Source: Sphagnum compactum (lineage: Eukaryota). From it: a DNA stretch of 64,000 nucleotides. Below the pieces are notes generated by a model that made no database searches, was not told the origin of the DNA, and saw nothing but the letters and a program-made list of their open reading frames with translations. The translations under genes were made by a program, and so were the position numbers. Below are positions 60,401-64,000 of this stretch, in pieces. The stretch covers positions 27,766,213 through 27,830,212 of the forward strand of contig OZ234493.1 in assembly GCA_965153455.1 (NCBI GenBank). The letters run 5' to 3'. Every line of letters begins with the position of its first letter. Position 1 is the stretch's first letter.

Positions 60401-60573
60401 ACTCTTTATTTTGTAGCACATGTTACTTAGAGCATCTGCAACGTTGCTCAGTATGTGGCCCTGCATTGGAAATCTTGGATGAGGTGCAACTGTCATATCT
60501 ACTGGATACAGTAGAACAAGGTCACAAAATACTCCATCTCAATTGGGATGGAGTATTTTTCGGGGGACCAAAG

Positions 60574-63500
60574 ATGGTCTTCATCATCACCATCATCGCT
60601 GTCTGGAACTCTCTACTGACAGTGCTGTTGATTTGGCTTGCTTACGTTGCAGTTGGGTTGGTGGACAAGTTCGTGGTTACTCCAGTAAGGATCAAGAGAA
60701 TCATGAACAGGCAAGGAGTGAAGGGACCTCAAGCTCTGTGGCTCCTGGGAAACATGCCTGACATTCTCAGGCTTCAGAGAGCGGAGGCAGAAAAGGATAT
60801 GAAGACTGGCGACTATGATACTCTCTCTTACATTTTGCCTTTTCATACTCGCAGCTGCCAAGCTTACGGTGAGCGAGTGGTTGCTGTTTTTTTCACCCCC
60901 CTCTCAGTTTTTCTCCGAGCTTCATTTCTGCTGTGCACTTTTGGTTGATGTTCAAAGCTTTGTCTTTTGGGGTTGTATTTTCTTTTTCTTTTTCTTTTTC
61001 TTTTTTAAATTTTTTATTTGGTCGCTTTGTGCATTTCTGAAAAGTCTCCTTAAGGGAGAAAACTAACCCTAAACTTCAATTACTTCTCTCTGTTAATGTG
61101 CTTGTTGTCAAGACTGATGCATGTGTTTTTTCGTCAAGAAAACCCTACAACACATGCATCATTTTGCATTTATGATTTTCCCCTTGGATAGCTGCCTATC
61201 AGTGTTTATTTTACACTCTCATGTCTCAATTGTGCACACACAATCCCTGGGGATTGGAAATTTTTCTTCATCATGATCAATAACCATATAGTGACTCTCA
61301 GAGAAGACATCAACAGCAAATCTAGTGATTTTAGTAGTGTGAGTAAGATGCTACCACTCTCCTCAGTCAAATAAGAAGATGCAGCAGTTGATTCAGTTGA
61401 GCTTTTTGGATAGATTGATTTACCCACAAGAATTTGATGCATGTTGTTTAGGGTTTTCAAGAAGTCCTCACACCAACCAATTGGTGTCCAGATAAAAGTC
61501 CATTGGAGTGATGGGATTTTGACAAACAGGTGGAGAGCTTGTGTGCTCCCCTTCTTTGTCAAGTCTTCAATGTAGAAGAACATTGTAGTTTGTTGTTGAG
61601 TTCCGACTTCACTCTTGTAAATTGACTTCTCTCTGTAAAGAAAGAGGGCAACTCTCGAACAAATACAAGTGTCTGTTTGTGTGGCAGGAAAGAGGTATCT
61701 TTGGTGGTTTGGATGGGAGCCAAGGATCACTTTAACAGAACCTGATCTTATCAAAGAAGTTTTGACAAACAAGAATGGGTTCTACTCAAAGTCCAAAATA
61801 CAAAACAGATTTGTGATTGAAGTTCTTGGTAAGGGGCTGGTGACAACTACTGGAGAAGAATGGGCTCTCCATCGCCAGATTGTGAACCCTGCCTTCCATC
61901 AAGAAAAGCTCAAGGTATGAGACTGTGAATATGTGTGATCTATATCTGGGATCAATACTCCGTTCTACTTTGAACTGAGACACTGAGAAACATACAGTCC
62001 CAGAAAAAAAAGAGGTTGCAGAAGGAGAAATTTTTCCATGTCTCTGAATTATCTGACTCTGACTCAAGTGTTGAGAACACAAATGAAAATGCCTGTAATT
62101 ATCCACCTATTGGGCCACCTGCATAAACCAAGAGGTCCCCAAATGGTCCTTGATGGGGATACAATGCAGCATACAGTACCTATTCCCTCCATTGGTGTAC
62201 ATTTTCAACAAGTATTGGTGGATCAAGGGGATATCAATAATACATACCTCATGATTTTGAGCATTTTGGGGACTGACCTTGATTCTATGCATAGGCAATG
62301 GTAGGGGCAATGGTGAAGTGTGCATCATCAATAGCAGACGAATGGGAAATGAGAGTGCAACATGATGGGGGTTGTGTGGAACTGGAAGTGGGTGATTACA
62401 TGAGATATGTGACAGCTGATATAATTGCACATACTGCATTTGGGAGTAGTTATGAAAAAGGAAGGAAAGTGTTTGACCAACAACTTGTACTGGGCAACCA
62501 ATCATCTGGGCCAAAGAGCTGTGCAAAGATTTTCTGCACTACCAGGATACAGGTTACTCCTATCATTCACACACTGCTTACTGAATCCCTGTTGCTCACA
62601 AGTAATCTAGTTTGACCATGGATGAGGTACCTAATTTCATTGTCTCAAGTGGCTGTAGACCTTTTACCAGTCTTGATGTGTCATCCATATGATCTTGTCC
62701 ATGTGGTGAGAACCATATGATTACAGAAACCCAAGAGTCCTCAAGCAAGTGAGTTTCCTTACAACACTGTCCCACTCCTAAGGTTCTTGTGCAATTTTTT
62801 TGGCAGCCTTCTTCCAACACCACTGAACATACAAATACTTAAGACCCAAATGACAATTTCAATGAGGGACATTATTCAATCAAGGAGGGATATGGTGAAC
62901 CAAGCCAAGAATACTTCACATGGGATTGACTTGTTGGGTCTCATGCTCACTGCAGCATCAGAAGAAATCGCTCTCAAGGGTGGGAAGGCGCAGTTTGGTA
63001 TGCAGGCATTAATTGATAATTGCAAGACCTTCTTCTTGGCAGGGCATGAGACCACAGCAACTCTTCTCACGCGGACCATGATGCTACTGGCATCACACAC
63101 AACTTGGCAAGAAAGTGCTCGCGAAGAGGTCACAAGAGTTTGTGGACGTGGCAATCGTTCAATTGACACTGACATGCTCAATAAACTCAAAACGGTATGT
63201 TGAATTCTTTTTCCTCAGCCCATTTGAAATTCCTTTTGAGCTCACATCTTGTAACTGATTGCATACTGTGCAGATTGGATGGGCTGCAGTTGAATATGAT
63301 TCTAAATGAGTCACTTCGTCTATTTTCACCACTTGCGATCCAAACCAGACAGGCACTGAGGGATGCAAAGCTGGGTGACCTAGACATTCCAAAGGGGTTG
63401 AGCTTACATATTCCCAGGCCTGCTGTGCACCTTGACCCTGATCTGTGGGGGGCAGATGTACTTGAGTTCAAGCCAGAGCGATTTGCTGATGGCGTTGCCA

Positions 63501-63715
63501 AGGCAAGTAAACACCCTTCAGCTTTTATACCTTTTTCATTGGGGCCATGGTTCTGCGTGGGACAGGGATTTGCTTTAGAGGAAGCAAGATCTGTGCTAGC
63601 TGTGGTGCTTCAGCGCTTTCGATTTCACCTCTCACCCAATGAACGTCATGCACCATATCTTCAGTTCACTGTTAAACCAAAGTATGGAGTGCCTGTGATG
63701 TTGGAGTGTTTGTGA
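60574..63715 (+). pseudogene. Cytochrome P450, CYP72 clan, five exons (60574-60868, 61688-61914, 62295-62552, 62807-63194, 63290-63715), probably disrupted
   Basis: QGVKGP, WFGWEP, TADIIAHTAFGSSY, CKTFFLAGHETT, ESLR and PERF motifs with GT-AG introns. A +1 frameshift lies near 62492. The heme motif reads FSLGPWFCVG (conserved Arg changed to Trp). Confidence 0.85.
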
Positions 63716-64000
63716 CTATCATGGAGGTTAAAGCATGCTCATGAGTTAGGGCAATGAGACCCTCACAATATTTAAGGTTTAGCCCCCCTTCCAGCAACCT
63801 TCTTAGTTCTTCTGGAATGTAAATAGATAATCGCACACCTCAGGTTTTTGTGGTTGCAAAAGTATGAATCCTAATCCAAAGCAAATTTCATTCTCATAGA
63901 GATGCTCTTTGGGGCTCAACTGCAACAAGGGACAACTGATATGTGGTCGACCTATATTCTGCAGCATTAGTATTGAGTTAAGCATGTTCTCAAAGTGGTG

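Noticed and set aside
60172-60573. 134-aa N-terminal extension of the P450 suggested by the ORF track
   Set aside because: The membrane anchor begins at ATG 60574. The upstream frame looks like repeat or UTR sequence with no P450 character.

Overview
Land-plant genomic DNA, probably a moss (inferred from the element types, not proven). The first ~29 kb is an almost pure nested pile of one young Ty1/Copia family: ten element copies or solo LTRs inserted into one another, with the nesting readable from 5-bp target-site duplications (TSDs). The family has TG...TA LTR termini, a half-tRNAiMet primer site (Bryco/Hemivirus-like), and a U3 built from three hairpins plus an alternating GCC-box/telo-box array. 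One full-length copy (21191-26210) has lost almost all of U3 from both LTRs, with the breakpoint at the predicted transcription start. A second Copia family (31774-36136) shares the LTR promoter core and keeps gag-PR-INT but has a scrambled, partly inverted RT/RNase H. These Copias sit in decayed Gypsy sequence that also carries a MITE and a 2-kb CACTA derivative. AT-rich repeats and foldbacks follow, then two divergently oriented disrupted host genes: a RanGAP-like gene and a CYP72-clan P450. All alignments and counts were made by eye.
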